Assembly: GCA_965203515.1 (NCBI GenBank)
Contig: OZ241907.1
Coordinates: 288,001 to 352,000 of the forward strand
DNA from: Spirochaetia bacterium
Lineage (GTDB): Bacteria; Spirochaetota; Spirochaetia; SZUA-6; Bin103
Direction of reading: 5' to 3'
Length of the DNA stretch: 64,000 nt
In this document: positions 1-8,947 of the stretch, piece by piece
Layout: each line of letters opens with the position of its first letter
Numbering within the stretch: position 1 is the stretch's first letter
Program-made: the position numbers and the translations under genes
The notes under the pieces: generated by a model
What the model was told of the DNA's origin: nothing
The model's database searches: none
Seen by the model: only the letters and a program-made list of their open reading frames with translations

Positions 1-615
1 ATCTGCTCCTATCCGCGCGGCAGGCCGGTGGTGCCGATCACCTACGCGCAGGAGACCATGCACGGATTCGAGTATCAGGCCGCCGGCCACATGATTCAGG
101 AGGGGATGCTCGCGGAGGGCGTGGAGCTGGTGAAGGCGGTGCGCGACCGCTACGACGGCAGCCGGCGCAATCCCTGGAACGAGATCGAGTGCGGCAGCAA
201 TTACGCCCGTTCGATGGCCGCGTTCGCCCTGCTGCTGGCATACTCGGGCTTCGAGTTCGACGCCGTGCGCGGCCACGTCGGGTTCAGTCCCAAGGTGACG
301 GACACGCCGTTCACGGCGTTCTGGAGCCTCGGTTCGGGCTGGGGCACCTGCACGCTGGACGCGGCGGAAATCCGGCTGCAGGTCGAGTCGGGGGACCTGC
401 CGCTTGCCAGCTTCAGCTCCAGCCGCCTCGGCGAAGTCGCCGGCGGCTCGGCGATCGGCGTGCGGGTCGGAGCTGCGCGGGCCGTCTTCCGCCGGGACGG
501 CGCAACGCTCACCTTTCCCGACCGGCTCCTGGTAACCCCCGGCGCGCCGCTCACCATCTCGCTGCCCGCCTCCCCGGCGGGCGCGCCGGACACGCCGCAC
601 ACGGAGGGCCGGTGA
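1..615 (+). CDS. Glycoside hydrolase family 116 (non-lysosomal glucosylceramidase-like), C-terminal part; 5' truncated by window edge
   Basis: Frame open from base 1; motifs E-x-M-x-GFEY and RYDG..RNPWNEIECGSNYARSMA typical of the GH116 catalytic C-terminus. Confidence 0.8.
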   Translation: MCSYPRGRPVVPITYAQETMHGFEYQAAGHMIQEGMLAEGVELVKAVRDRYDGSRRNPWNEIECGSNYARSMAAFALLLAYSGFEFDAVRGHVGFSPKVTDTPFTAFWSLGSGWGTCTLDAAEIRLQVESGDLPLASFSSSRLGEVAGGSAIGVRVGAARAVFRRDGATLTFPDRLLVTPGAPLTISLPASPAGAPDTPHTEGR

Positions 616-3600
616 CCGCGGGCGCCGCGCTGCGCTGGCCGGTCGGGCCGGCGGCCGCCGCCGTCGAACTGACCGCCGGCATCGATATCCGCCAGAACCG
701 CTACCAGGGGTGGCATCCCGTGGCCGGCGCCTGGGATCCGCGCTCGGTCCCGTTCAACGTCCACGACACCGGCCAGGTGCGGCCCAACGGAACGGCGTTC
801 GGCATGCAGCCGGCGCTCGGCGCCTTCCCCGGCCAGGGACCGGTGACCGGCTTTCAGGGCCGGCGCCTAGTGAACAGCAAGAACCGCAATCTGGGCACCC
901 TGATCGGCGAGCTGCAGTCGGAGGTATTCACCATCGCCGGCGCCGGCATCGACTTTCTGATCGGCGGCGGCGACTTCGCGGACGTCACCTGCCTGAACCT
1001 GTACGTGAACGGCGCCGCCGGCTGGGAACGGGTGCGGTCCGCCACCGGCGAACGCAACCTGGATCTGGTGCGGCGCGGCTGGGACGTGGCGGAGTTCCGC
1101 GGCCGGCAGGCGTACCTGCAGATACTCGACTACGCTCCCGTGGAACCGTGGGGGTGGCACGCCGCGCCCCGCTATCCGGAGGATGACTGGGGCTTCATCC
1201 TGGTCGACGACATCCGCCAGACCGACGGCGCCCCCAGCCCGCGGCGCGTCGACGAAGCGGGAGACCGCGCGCGCAACTTCGACTTCGAGACGCTGTTGCC
1301 GGAACGGTTCACCGTGACCGCCGCGCAGGGCGCCGGCGGCGCCGGCGGTATCTTCGAGATACGCGACCGCAGCCGGGGCGGGGTGGTCGGCTCGCTCTAC
1401 TGCGACGCCGCGGTCGCGCCATGCGCCGCCGACCTGTGGCGCGTGTCGGTCACCTGGCGCTACCGGGGGACGGCGCTGAGCGGGGTCAAGCTGCTGCTCA
1501 CCAGCCGCTTGCCGATCACCGCCGCGCATGCGCGCCATACCCTGCACCCCGGGCTCCTGTACGACGGCAACCCCACCGCCGAGGCGTGCCACTACCTGGG
1601 CGAGGACTTTCCCGAGGCGGCCTCCACGGTCCCCGCCGGCTTCAGCGTCGAGGACGCGGAGCGGGTCTGCGCCGGCTGGGCGGCGCCGCAGCGTCGCGCC
1701 GCCGACCCGGCTGCCAGCGTGCGGTTGCAGGTCGACCCCGAGTCGGGCCGGTACGAGGCGGTCCATCAGATACCGGAGTCGGCCGTGTTCGGACGCCGGC
1801 TGCTGCTGGACAGCGACGAACGGCTCACCCTGGAGGACGGCGCCCGGTACGCCAAGACGCTCTATCTGTACGCCGCCGCCCGCCGCCGCGGCGCCGTCTA
1901 CCGACCCGGCTACTGCGGCGCGCTCTCGGCGGCGTGGCGCCAGCTCTATCCCGACTCCCCCACCAACCCGCCGCACACCCTGCGCGCCGACTGCGAGCTG
2001 CGCCTGCGGACCATGCTCGACGACCGCGGGCTGATGCAGGAGATCACGCGCGGCGGGCGGACCTACCGCGTCTTCTACGTCGGCCGCTGGGTGTACGGCG
2101 ATGCGCCGCCCGGCGACGGGCGGTTCCTGCCCAAGGAATACTTCCATCGCTTCGTCGGCTTCTCCTGGTCCGGCATGGCCGGTCTGGCGGCCCATGCGGC
2201 GCTCGATCACGGCCTGCGCCACGACGACGGCGGCGCGGTGCGGGTCGCCGTCGACACGCTCGACTTCTTCGCCGAGCACGGCATTTCGCCGCTCGGCATC
2301 CTCTATCCCACTTACCATGAGGACCACGCCGGGATCGTCGACGCCTTCGGCACCTACTACGACCCCGGCCGCATCGACGTGGGGCCGCTGGGCGAGGGGC
2401 TGTACTGGTATCTGCGCTGCGCCGAGCGGTTCCAGCGGCACGGGAGCGAGCCGCCGCGGAGCTGGCTGCCGGCGGTGCGCGGCTCCCTCGACCGGATCAT
2501 GGAGCTGTTTCCCGACGCCGACGTACCGGGGCGCATCGACGGCGCCACCGGCAAGCCGGCCGCGCGGCGCATCCAGCTCCTCTACTGGGAGCGCTCGCGC
2601 TGGACCGACCGTCAGACCCGCGCGGCGGACATCCGCTTCCTCAAGCCCAGCGAGCGCGGCGCCACCAACTTCATCTATCTGATCTGGGCGTACGTGCGGG
2701 CCGCTCGCCATTTCGACGAGCAGCGCTATCTGGACTACGCCGTGCGGCTGGGCGAGCTGGCGCTGCAGGTGATGGAGCGCTTCGCGGTCTTCGCCGGCTC
2801 CGAGATGGATTTCTACAACATCGACAAGCGCCAGGGCCACGCGCTGCTGGCCGCCCACAACGATCTGTACGCCGCCACCGGCGACCGGCGCTGGCTGGCC
2901 GCCGCGGAAGTGGCGGCGAGCTGGTTCGGGAGCTGGCAGTACCACTACAACGTCCGCACCGACGGCCTGGAGCACCTGCCGCTGGGCCGTTGGGACTACC
3001 GGACGGTCGGCGGCACCACCGTCGACGTCAAGTACTCCACCAACAATCTGGTATACGCCCAGGGCGCCGCGGAGCTGATGCGGCTGTGGCGGCGCACCGC
3101 CGACCCGGAGTGGTTCGAGCGCGCCCGGGCGCTGCTGCATCAAGGGGTGCAGAGCTCGCTGACGGAAGAGAAGCGGCGCTGGCTCAACGCGCACTATCAG
3201 TCGGAAGCGCGGGTACCGGCGCAGCATGCGTTCAATCCCGATACCCGGTTCGACGCCGACTGCCTGGGCGGCGGTACGGAAGACGTGCTCCCGGCCTGGC
3301 CCTACCGGGGCAACTGGACTACCAAGTACGGGGCGATCCTGAGCATGTACATGCTGGCCGAGGGATTGGACGTGGATCCGATCCTGGCCCGCTACGGAGG
3401 CGTGACCTGCCGGCTGGGCGATGCGCCGCAACGGGACTGGGTCGGCGCCCTGGAGACGGTCGATCGGGTGCGCGCGTGGCGCTCCGGCGGCGCCGTCGTC
3501 ATCGAGGCGCGGAACATGGTGCCGGCCGCCGCCCGCTACACGGCCCGGGTGCTCGATGCCGGCGGCCGTCCCGTAGCGGAAGCCTCCGCCGACTTCGGTC

Positions 3601-3641
3601 CCGGCGCCGGCGGGCGCATCCGGGTGCCGCTCACCGGGTAA
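612..3641 (+). CDS. Large hypothetical protein (~1009 aa), probably carbohydrate-active; N-terminal beta domain plus C-terminal (alpha/alpha)6-like region
   Basis: GTG at 612 overlaps the upstream TGA (GTGA); host-like codon use; G-x-L-x-S-x-x-F-x-I...FLIGGG...LQILD...WGFILVDDI segment of the kind seen in GH32/GH116-associated domains; helical repeats such as RYLDYA..LGE and DRRWLAAA. Confidence 0.6.
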   Translation: MTAGAALRWPVGPAAAAVELTAGIDIRQNRYQGWHPVAGAWDPRSVPFNVHDTGQVRPNGTAFGMQPALGAFPGQGPVTGFQGRRLVNSKNRNLGTLIGELQSEVFTIAGAGIDFLIGGGDFADVTCLNLYVNGAAGWERVRSATGERNLDLVRRGWDVAEFRGRQAYLQILDYAPVEPWGWHAAPRYPEDDWGFILVDDIRQTDGAPSPRRVDEAGDRARNFDFETLLPERFTVTAAQGAGGAGGIFEIRDRSRGGVVGSLYCDAAVAPCAADLWRVSVTWRYRGTALSGVKLLLTSRLPITAAHARHTLHPGLLYDGNPTAEACHYLGEDFPEAASTVPAGFSVEDAERVCAGWAAPQRRAADPAASVRLQVDPESGRYEAVHQIPESAVFGRRLLLDSDERLTLEDGARYAKTLYLYAAARRRGAVYRPGYCGALSAAWRQLYPDSPTNPPHTLRADCELRLRTMLDDRGLMQEITRGGRTYRVFYVGRWVYGDAPPGDGRFLPKEYFHRFVGFSWSGMAGLAAHAALDHGLRHDDGGAVRVAVDTLDFFAEHGISPLGILYPTYHEDHAGIVDAFGTYYDPGRIDVGPLGEGLYWYLRCAERFQRHGSEPPRSWLPAVRGSLDRIMELFPDADVPGRIDGATGKPAARRIQLLYWERSRWTDRQTRAADIRFLKPSERGATNFIYLIWAYVRAARHFDEQRYLDYAVRLGELALQVMERFAVFAGSEMDFYNIDKRQGHALLAAHNDLYAATGDRRWLAAAEVAASWFGSWQYHYNVRTDGLEHLPLGRWDYRTVGGTTVDVKYSTNNLVYAQGAAELMRLWRRTADPEWFERARALLHQGVQSSLTEEKRRWLNAHYQSEARVPAQHAFNPDTRFDADCLGGGTEDVLPAWPYRGNWTTKYGAILSMYMLAEGLDVDPILARYGGVTCRLGDAPQRDWVGALETVDRVRAWRSGGAVVIEARNMVPAAARYTARVLDAGGRPVAEASADFGPGAGGRIRVPLTG

Positions 3642-3740
3642 CGCTTGAGGTAACCGCTGCCCCGCCGATTGTGGCCGCAGCCGGAGCCGGCTATACTCGG
3701 CCGCATCGACCGAAGACCGACCGAGAGACGGAGGAACACG

Positions 3741-5663
3741 GTGAATCGAGTCTTGATGACATGCGCGCTGCTCCTGGCGGGCAGCGTCCTGGCCGTGGCG
3801 ACCGGCCAGGAAGAGTCCGAAGGCGCCGCCCCCATGAGCGCCGTTACCGGCGCCGGAGGCTATCAGGAAGCGCCGATGCTGGCGGCGCGCGTGGCCGCCG
3901 GCGAACTGCCCCCGGTGAACGAGCGGCTCCCGGAGAACCCGCTGGTGCTGACGCTGGAACGGAGCGCCGCTCCCGACGGCATGCTCGACGAGCTGGAGAT
4001 CGGCGCCTACGGCGGCGACGTGCGGCTGATCAACCTGGCGCCCAACTTCGCGCCGGAGATGTACTTCATGACGATCGAGACGCTGCTGGCGCGGCCGGGC
4101 TGGATCAGCATGGGGCATCCGCTGACCGGCAACATCTACGAGAGCTACGAGATCAGTCCGGACGGCACCACGTTCACCTTTCAGTTGCGCCGCGGCATGC
4201 GCTGGTCGGACGGCGAACCGCTGACCACGGCGGACGTGTCGTTCCATTACGAGGAGATCCTGCTCAACGAGCAGCTCACCCCCAACGTCGGCTGGCAGTA
4301 CCGCTCCGGGCTGCGCCCCACCGGGGACGTCTACGACCTGGAAGTGATCGACGACTACTCGTATCGCATCACCTTCTCGGAGCCGACGCCCGGTTTCCTG
4401 GATGAGATCGACAAGCCGTGGATGGACTACACCGGCTTCCTGCAGCCCCGACACTACCTGTCCCAGTTCCACGCCAACTTCGCCGACGCCGAGGAGTTGG
4501 CGGCCAAGGTCGCGGCCGCCGATCTGCTGGCCGACGAGTGGCCGCGCCTGTTCCAGATCAAGATGCTCACGCCCTGGGAAGCGAAGACCCCGGACGTGGT
4601 CGACATTCCCGTGCTGCATCCGTGGGTGGTGACCGGCACCTCGCCGACGCAGACCGTGTTCGAGCGCAACCCCTACTACTTCAAGGTCGACGCCGCCGGC
4701 AATCAGCTTCCCTACATCGACCGCATCGTCAGCACCAAGGTGGAGGGTCCGGAGGGCGCCAGCCTCAAGATCATCGCCGGGGAGGTCGACCTGGCCGACG
4801 AGCTGGCGAAGATATCGTCCCTGCCGCTCTACCGCGAAAACGAGGACAAGGGGTACCGGGCGCTCACCTCCGGGGTCGCCTACAACCCGGTGGTGCACGC
4901 CTTCAACTTCGGCTACGAGGACCCGACGTGGCGCCAGCTGGCCGGCGACCTGCGCTTCCGCCAGGCGCTGAACCTGGCGATCGACCGCGACGAGATCATC
5001 GACGCCGTGTACTACGGCTTCGCGTCGCCGCCGGAGTGGATCCCCGCTGACTACGATCCCGATGAGGCGAATCGGCTGCTCGATGCGGTCGGCCTGGACG
5101 AGCGCGACGCCGACGGTTGGCGTCTGGCGCCCGACGGGTCGCGCTTCGAGATCGCTCTGGAGGTGACCGCGCACCTGCCGGATACGGTGCCGGCCAACGA
5201 GCTGATCGTCGAGCATTACCGCGCGCTGGGGCTGTATACCACCCTGGATGTGGTGGAGATCGGCCTGTTCATCGAGCGCCGCAACGCCAACCAGTACCAG
5301 ATCGATACGCTGTGGAACGAGGCGACCACGCTGCATGCCTTCGGCCATGCCAAGGACCATCTGATCAACCACATTCCGCCGTGGCGGCAGTGGTACAGGT
5401 CGGGCGGCGAGCAGGGCGAGGAGCCGCCGGTCTGGTTCCAGGAGCTGTACGACCTGGGCCTTGGGATCGGTCCGGGAATCCCGTGGGACCAGGAGGTCGT
5501 CGACCGCTACCGGCAGACGTTCTTCGATACCATCCCGCAGATCAACGTGACCTACAACCCGGCTACCGTGCTGATCGTCAACCGGCAACTGCGCAACGTG
5601 TTCACCGAGGGCGTGGCGCAGTGGGTGATCTACAGCGCGGAGCAGCTCTATTACGGGAGCTGA
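3741..5663 (+). CDS. ABC transporter substrate-binding protein, family 5 (Opp/Dpp type, likely oligosaccharide-binding subgroup)
   Basis: SD GGAGG upstream of GTG; signal peptide; EAPMLA..V.AGELPPV.ERLPENP, LRRGMRWSDGEPLT.ADV, ERNPYYFKVD..GNQLPYID, FRQALNLAIDR. Confidence 0.92.
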   Translation: MNRVLMTCALLLAGSVLAVATGQEESEGAAPMSAVTGAGGYQEAPMLAARVAAGELPPVNERLPENPLVLTLERSAAPDGMLDELEIGAYGGDVRLINLAPNFAPEMYFMTIETLLARPGWISMGHPLTGNIYESYEISPDGTTFTFQLRRGMRWSDGEPLTTADVSFHYEEILLNEQLTPNVGWQYRSGLRPTGDVYDLEVIDDYSYRITFSEPTPGFLDEIDKPWMDYTGFLQPRHYLSQFHANFADAEELAAKVAAADLLADEWPRLFQIKMLTPWEAKTPDVVDIPVLHPWVVTGTSPTQTVFERNPYYFKVDAAGNQLPYIDRIVSTKVEGPEGASLKIIAGEVDLADELAKISSLPLYRENEDKGYRALTSGVAYNPVVHAFNFGYEDPTWRQLAGDLRFRQALNLAIDRDEIIDAVYYGFASPPEWIPADYDPDEANRLLDAVGLDERDADGWRLAPDGSRFEIALEVTAHLPDTVPANELIVEHYRALGLYTTLDVVEIGLFIERRNANQYQIDTLWNEATTLHAFGHAKDHLINHIPPWRQWYRSGGEQGEEPPVWFQELYDLGLGIGPGIPWDQEVVDRYRQTFFDTIPQINVTYNPATVLIVNRQLRNVFTEGVAQWVIYSAEQLYYGS

Positions 5664-5714
5664 CCGCGCCGAACCTGCACATGCCTTCCGGGGCTGAGCG
5701 CCCGGCGGGAGCCC

Positions 5715-6713
5715 ATGCTTGAATACATCGCGCGCCGGGTGGCGGCCTTCGTGCCGCTCCTGTTCCTGATCTCGGCGGTGAGCTTTGCGATCATCGAGCT
5801 CCCGCCGGGAGATTATCTCAGCTCGTACATGCTGCAGTTGGAGATCCAGGGGAACCGGGTCACCGACGAGCAGGTGGCGAATCTGGCCGCCTACTACGGC
5901 CTGGATGAGCCGATCCATACGCGGTACCTGCTGTGGCTGCGCAACATCGTCCTGCGCGGCAACCTCGGCTGGTCCTTCGCCCATGACCGGCCGGTGTCCG
6001 CCGTGATCGGCGAGCGCATCGGACTGACGCTGGTGGTGACCATCTCGACCCTGGTCTTCACCTACCTGACGGCGGTGCCGATCGGCGTCTATTCGGCGGT
6101 GCGGCAGTATTCCTTCTTCGATTACTTCTGGACCTTCTGGGGATTCGTGGGGCTGGCGATCCCGAACTTCCTGCTCGCGCTGGTGCTCCTGTGGATCGCG
6201 TTCCGGTACTTCGGCGTCGCCATTACCGGGCTGTTCGCGCCCGAGTACGTCGACGCGCCGTGGAGTCTGGCGCGGGTGTGGAGCATGCTGCAACGGCTCT
6301 GGGCGCCGGTCCTGGTGGTGGGGACCGCGGGGATGGCGGGGTTGATCCGCGTCATGCGCGGCACCTTGCTGGACGAGTTGCGCAAGCAGTACGTGGTGAC
6401 CGCGCGCGCCAAGGGGATCGGCGAAGGGCGGCTGTTGTTCAAGTATCCGGTGCGGCTTGCCGTCAACCCGATCATCAGCGGCATCGGCTGGCTGCTGCCG
6501 GCGATCATCTCCGGCGCGACCATCACCTCGATCGTGCTCAATCTGCCGACGACCGGGCCGGTGTTGCTGGGCGCGCTGCAGGCGCAGGACATGTACCTGG
6601 CGGGCAGCTTCGTGATGATCCTCAGCGTCCTGGTGCTGGTCGGCAACCTCATCTCGGACATCGTGCTGGCCTGGGTCGATCCCCGCATCCGGTTCGATCG
6701 CCTCGAGTCGTGA
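5715..6713 (+). CDS. ABC transporter permease (OppB/DppB family)
   Basis: YIARR.., LPPGD, YGLD.P, GNLG.SF, YVVTARAKG loop, DIVLAWVDPRIR; multiple hydrophobic helices. Confidence 0.95.
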   Translation: MLEYIARRVAAFVPLLFLISAVSFAIIELPPGDYLSSYMLQLEIQGNRVTDEQVANLAAYYGLDEPIHTRYLLWLRNIVLRGNLGWSFAHDRPVSAVIGERIGLTLVVTISTLVFTYLTAVPIGVYSAVRQYSFFDYFWTFWGFVGLAIPNFLLALVLLWIAFRYFGVAITGLFAPEYVDAPWSLARVWSMLQRLWAPVLVVGTAGMAGLIRVMRGTLLDELRKQYVVTARAKGIGEGRLLFKYPVRLAVNPIISGIGWLLPAIISGATITSIVLNLPTTGPVLLGALQAQDMYLAGSFVMILSVLVLVGNLISDIVLAWVDPRIRFDRLES

Positions 6714-7819
6714 GCACGCGGGCGCGCGCGGCCGCCGACGACCGCTACTACGTCGCGTCGCAGTGGCGCATGATGTGGTGGAAGTTTCGCCGCCACCGGC
6801 TGGCGCTGGTGGCGGGTCCCGCCCTGGCGCTCATGTACGGGGCGGCGTTGTTCGCGGATTTCGTCGCCCCGTACGGGGTGACCACGCGCTTTCCCGATTA
6901 CTTGAACGCGCCGCCGAACCTGATCCGGCTGGACGGCGCCGGCGGGGCGTATGTGTACGGCCTGCGCCAGGAGCGCCACCCGTACACGATGCGCAAGATA
7001 TACGAGCTCGACCGCGAGCGGCGCTACCCGATCCGGTTCTTCGGCGCCGGCGAGGAGTACCGCTTTCTGGGGCTGTTCAAGACCCGCGCGCATCTGTTCG
7101 TCCCGGATGCAGAAGCCGAAGCAGGGGCGCCGCTGTTTCTGTTCGGTACCGACCGGCTGGGGCGCGATCTGTTTTCGCGGGTGCTCCACGCCGCCCGCAT
7201 CTCCCTGTCGATCGGCTTGGTGGGGGTGTCGGTAAGCACCGTACTGGGAGTGCTGCTGGGCGGACTGGCCGGCTACTTCGGCGGCATCGCGGATCGGGTG
7301 GTGATGCGGCTGGTCGACCTGCTGTCGTCGATTCCCACCATCCCGCTGTGGATGGGGCTGGCCGCGGCGGTACCCCGGCAGTGGAGCGTGCTCACCACCT
7401 ACTTCGCCATCACGCTGATCCTGTCGCTGGTCGGCTGGACGCAACTCGCGCGCGTGGTGCGCGGCCGCTTCCTGTCTCTGCGGGAGGAGGACTTCGTGAT
7501 GGCCGCGGTGGTGTCGGCGGCGACCGAACGGACCATCATCTTCGGGCACCTGCTGCCGTCGTTCCTGAGCTACATCATCGTGTCGCTGACGCTGGCGATT
7601 CCGGCGATGATCCTGGGCGAAACCGCGCTGAGCTTTCTGGGACTCGGCATCCAGCCGCCGGCGGTGAGTTGGGGCACGTTGCTGCAGGACGCGCAGAACT
7701 TCCAGGCGGTGGCGAGTCAGCCGTGGCTGCTCATCCCCTGCATCTTCGTGGTGCTGACGGTGCTGCTCTACAACTTCCTCGGCGACGGCCTGCGCGACGC
7801 CGCCGATCCCTACGCATGA
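6710..7819 (+). CDS. ABC transporter permease (OppC/DppC family)
   Basis: GTGA overlap with upstream stop; FGTDRLGRDLFSR, RISL.IG, ETALSFLGLG, SWG.LL, NFLGDGLRDAADP. Confidence 0.95.
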   Translation: MSTRARAAADDRYYVASQWRMMWWKFRRHRLALVAGPALALMYGAALFADFVAPYGVTTRFPDYLNAPPNLIRLDGAGGAYVYGLRQERHPYTMRKIYELDRERRYPIRFFGAGEEYRFLGLFKTRAHLFVPDAEAEAGAPLFLFGTDRLGRDLFSRVLHAARISLSIGLVGVSVSTVLGVLLGGLAGYFGGIADRVVMRLVDLLSSIPTIPLWMGLAAAVPRQWSVLTTYFAITLILSLVGWTQLARVVRGRFLSLREEDFVMAAVVSAATERTIIFGHLLPSFLSYIIVSLTLAIPAMILGETALSFLGLGIQPPAVSWGTLLQDAQNFQAVASQPWLLIPCIFVVLTVLLYNFLGDGLRDAADPYA

Positions 7820-7954
7820 GTGCGGCCCGCACGCTCCGGCCCATGATTCGTATCGTAGTGTCCCAGACCGGCGTGCGGCGGAGGCTGCTTCAAGTTACTG
7901 AGGGTGACCACCCCTTTCTCAAGCCGGTCTGGACGTGCCCGGACCGGCAGGAGA

Positions 7955-8230
7955 TTAGCGCGGCGCGGCCGTCTCCGTGCCGTTGGCGGAGTCGCGTTTG
8001 AGGCTGCGGTAGGTCTGCTCGTCGATGCCGGTGGCGGATTGGATCACCGGCCACCCGACTCCGGCTTGCAGGAACCCTTCGATGGTTTCCAACCGGCCTT
8101 CCTGGCGGCCTTCCTGCCGACCCTCCTGACGGCCTTCCTGGCGGCCTTCCTGCCGACCCTCCTGACGGCCTTCCTGGACGCCTCGTTCCAGGATTTCGGC
8201 TTCCCAGCGATCGATCTTCTCCAACAACAC
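7955..8230 (-). CDS. Predicted nested in-frame small protein (RpnS-type antitoxin, 91 aa)
   Basis: On the minus strand GAGGAGG (8245-8239), an 8 nt spacer, then an in-frame GTG at 8230 just before the repeat tract. Confidence 0.6.
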   Translation of the reverse strand: MLLEKIDRWEAEILERGVQEGRQEGRQEGRQEGRQEGRQEGRQEGRLETIEGFLQAGVGWPVIQSATGIDEQTYRSLKRDSANGTETAAPR

Positions 8231-8947
8231 TGCGCTTGCCTCCTCGTAGTCGCGAATCGACGGCAACTTGACGCCCCACTTCCGGCCCAGGGCGCCGAGC
8301 CACAGGTCGAAGCTCCTCGTCAGCTCCGGCTCGTCCTCGGCAGCGAGCCACTGTCCCAACTCCCGCACCCGCTCCGCCAGCGCCGCAGCGCGCCGGCTGC
8401 GCTCCACGTCCGCCACCCAGCTTATCAGATTCGGCCGCGGCAGATCATCCGCTTCCGCCGCCACCAGATCGACCACGTCATAGCTCAGATCAAGCTCGGC
8501 GCCGTCGTATTGCCACCTCGGCACCAACTCCGCCAGCGACCGCGGCGCGTCCCACGGGGCGTCGCCGTTGTAGAGCACGACGTGCAGCACCGGGTCGACG
8601 GTGTGGCCCTTGCGCCATCTGCGGTCGCGGTAGAGCCGCTGGTAGAGCAGGCTGGTGTAGTTGAGGAACCGCAACGGCATGGAGTAGTCGACCGAGGACT
8701 GATGCTCGATCAGCACGTGCATGGTCTGCACGAGGCCGTCGGCGCCGCGGCGGTCGATGGACCAGACGACGTCGCCGAGTCTCCGGCGCAGGTCGTCGTC
8801 GACGTGCTCGGTGGGGTCTTCGCGCAGGGAGTCGAAGTCGAGCGCGTCAGCCCAACCGGCCGGGCGCCGGGGAGCGATGAAGCCGAGCAGCAGGGCCTTG
8901 ATGATGCGCCGATGGTTGAGCAGGCGCTTGTAGGAAGCGTCGTTCAT
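7955..8947 (-). CDS. Rpn/YhgA-family PD-(D/E)XK nuclease (recombination-promoting nuclease / putative transposase)
   Basis: D..YK.LL, LGDVVW, HVLIEHQS..D..MPLR, VVLYNG..PW, C-terminal (QEGR)n tract. Confidence 0.9.
   Translation of the reverse strand: MNDASYKRLLNHRRIIKALLLGFIAPRRPAGWADALDFDSLREDPTEHVDDDLRRRLGDVVWSIDRRGADGLVQTMHVLIEHQSSVDYSMPLRFLNYTSLLYQRLYRDRRWRKGHTVDPVLHVVLYNGDAPWDAPRSLAELVPRWQYDGAELDLSYDVVDLVAAEADDLPRPNLISWVADVERSRRAAALAERVRELGQWLAAEDEPELTRSFDLWLGALGRKWGVKLPSIRDYEEASAVLLEKIDRWEAEILERGVQEGRQEGRQEGRQEGRQEGRQEGRQEGRLETIEGFLQAGVGWPVIQSATGIDEQTYRSLKRDSANGTETAAPR
8094..8177. repeat. 7 x 12 bp coding tandem repeat (QEGR) with an exact 36 bp higher-order duplication
   Basis: cggccttcctgg cggccttcctgc cgaccctcctga twice, followed by cggccttcctgg. 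Confidence 0.95.

Noticed and set aside
867..6293. 1808 aa minus-strand ORF and similar long antisense ORFs (e.g. 14776-17976, 28077-30686, 46457-48952, 60720-63437)
   Set aside because: Shadow frames of well-supported opposite-strand genes; expected in GC-rich DNA and carrying no recognisable motifs
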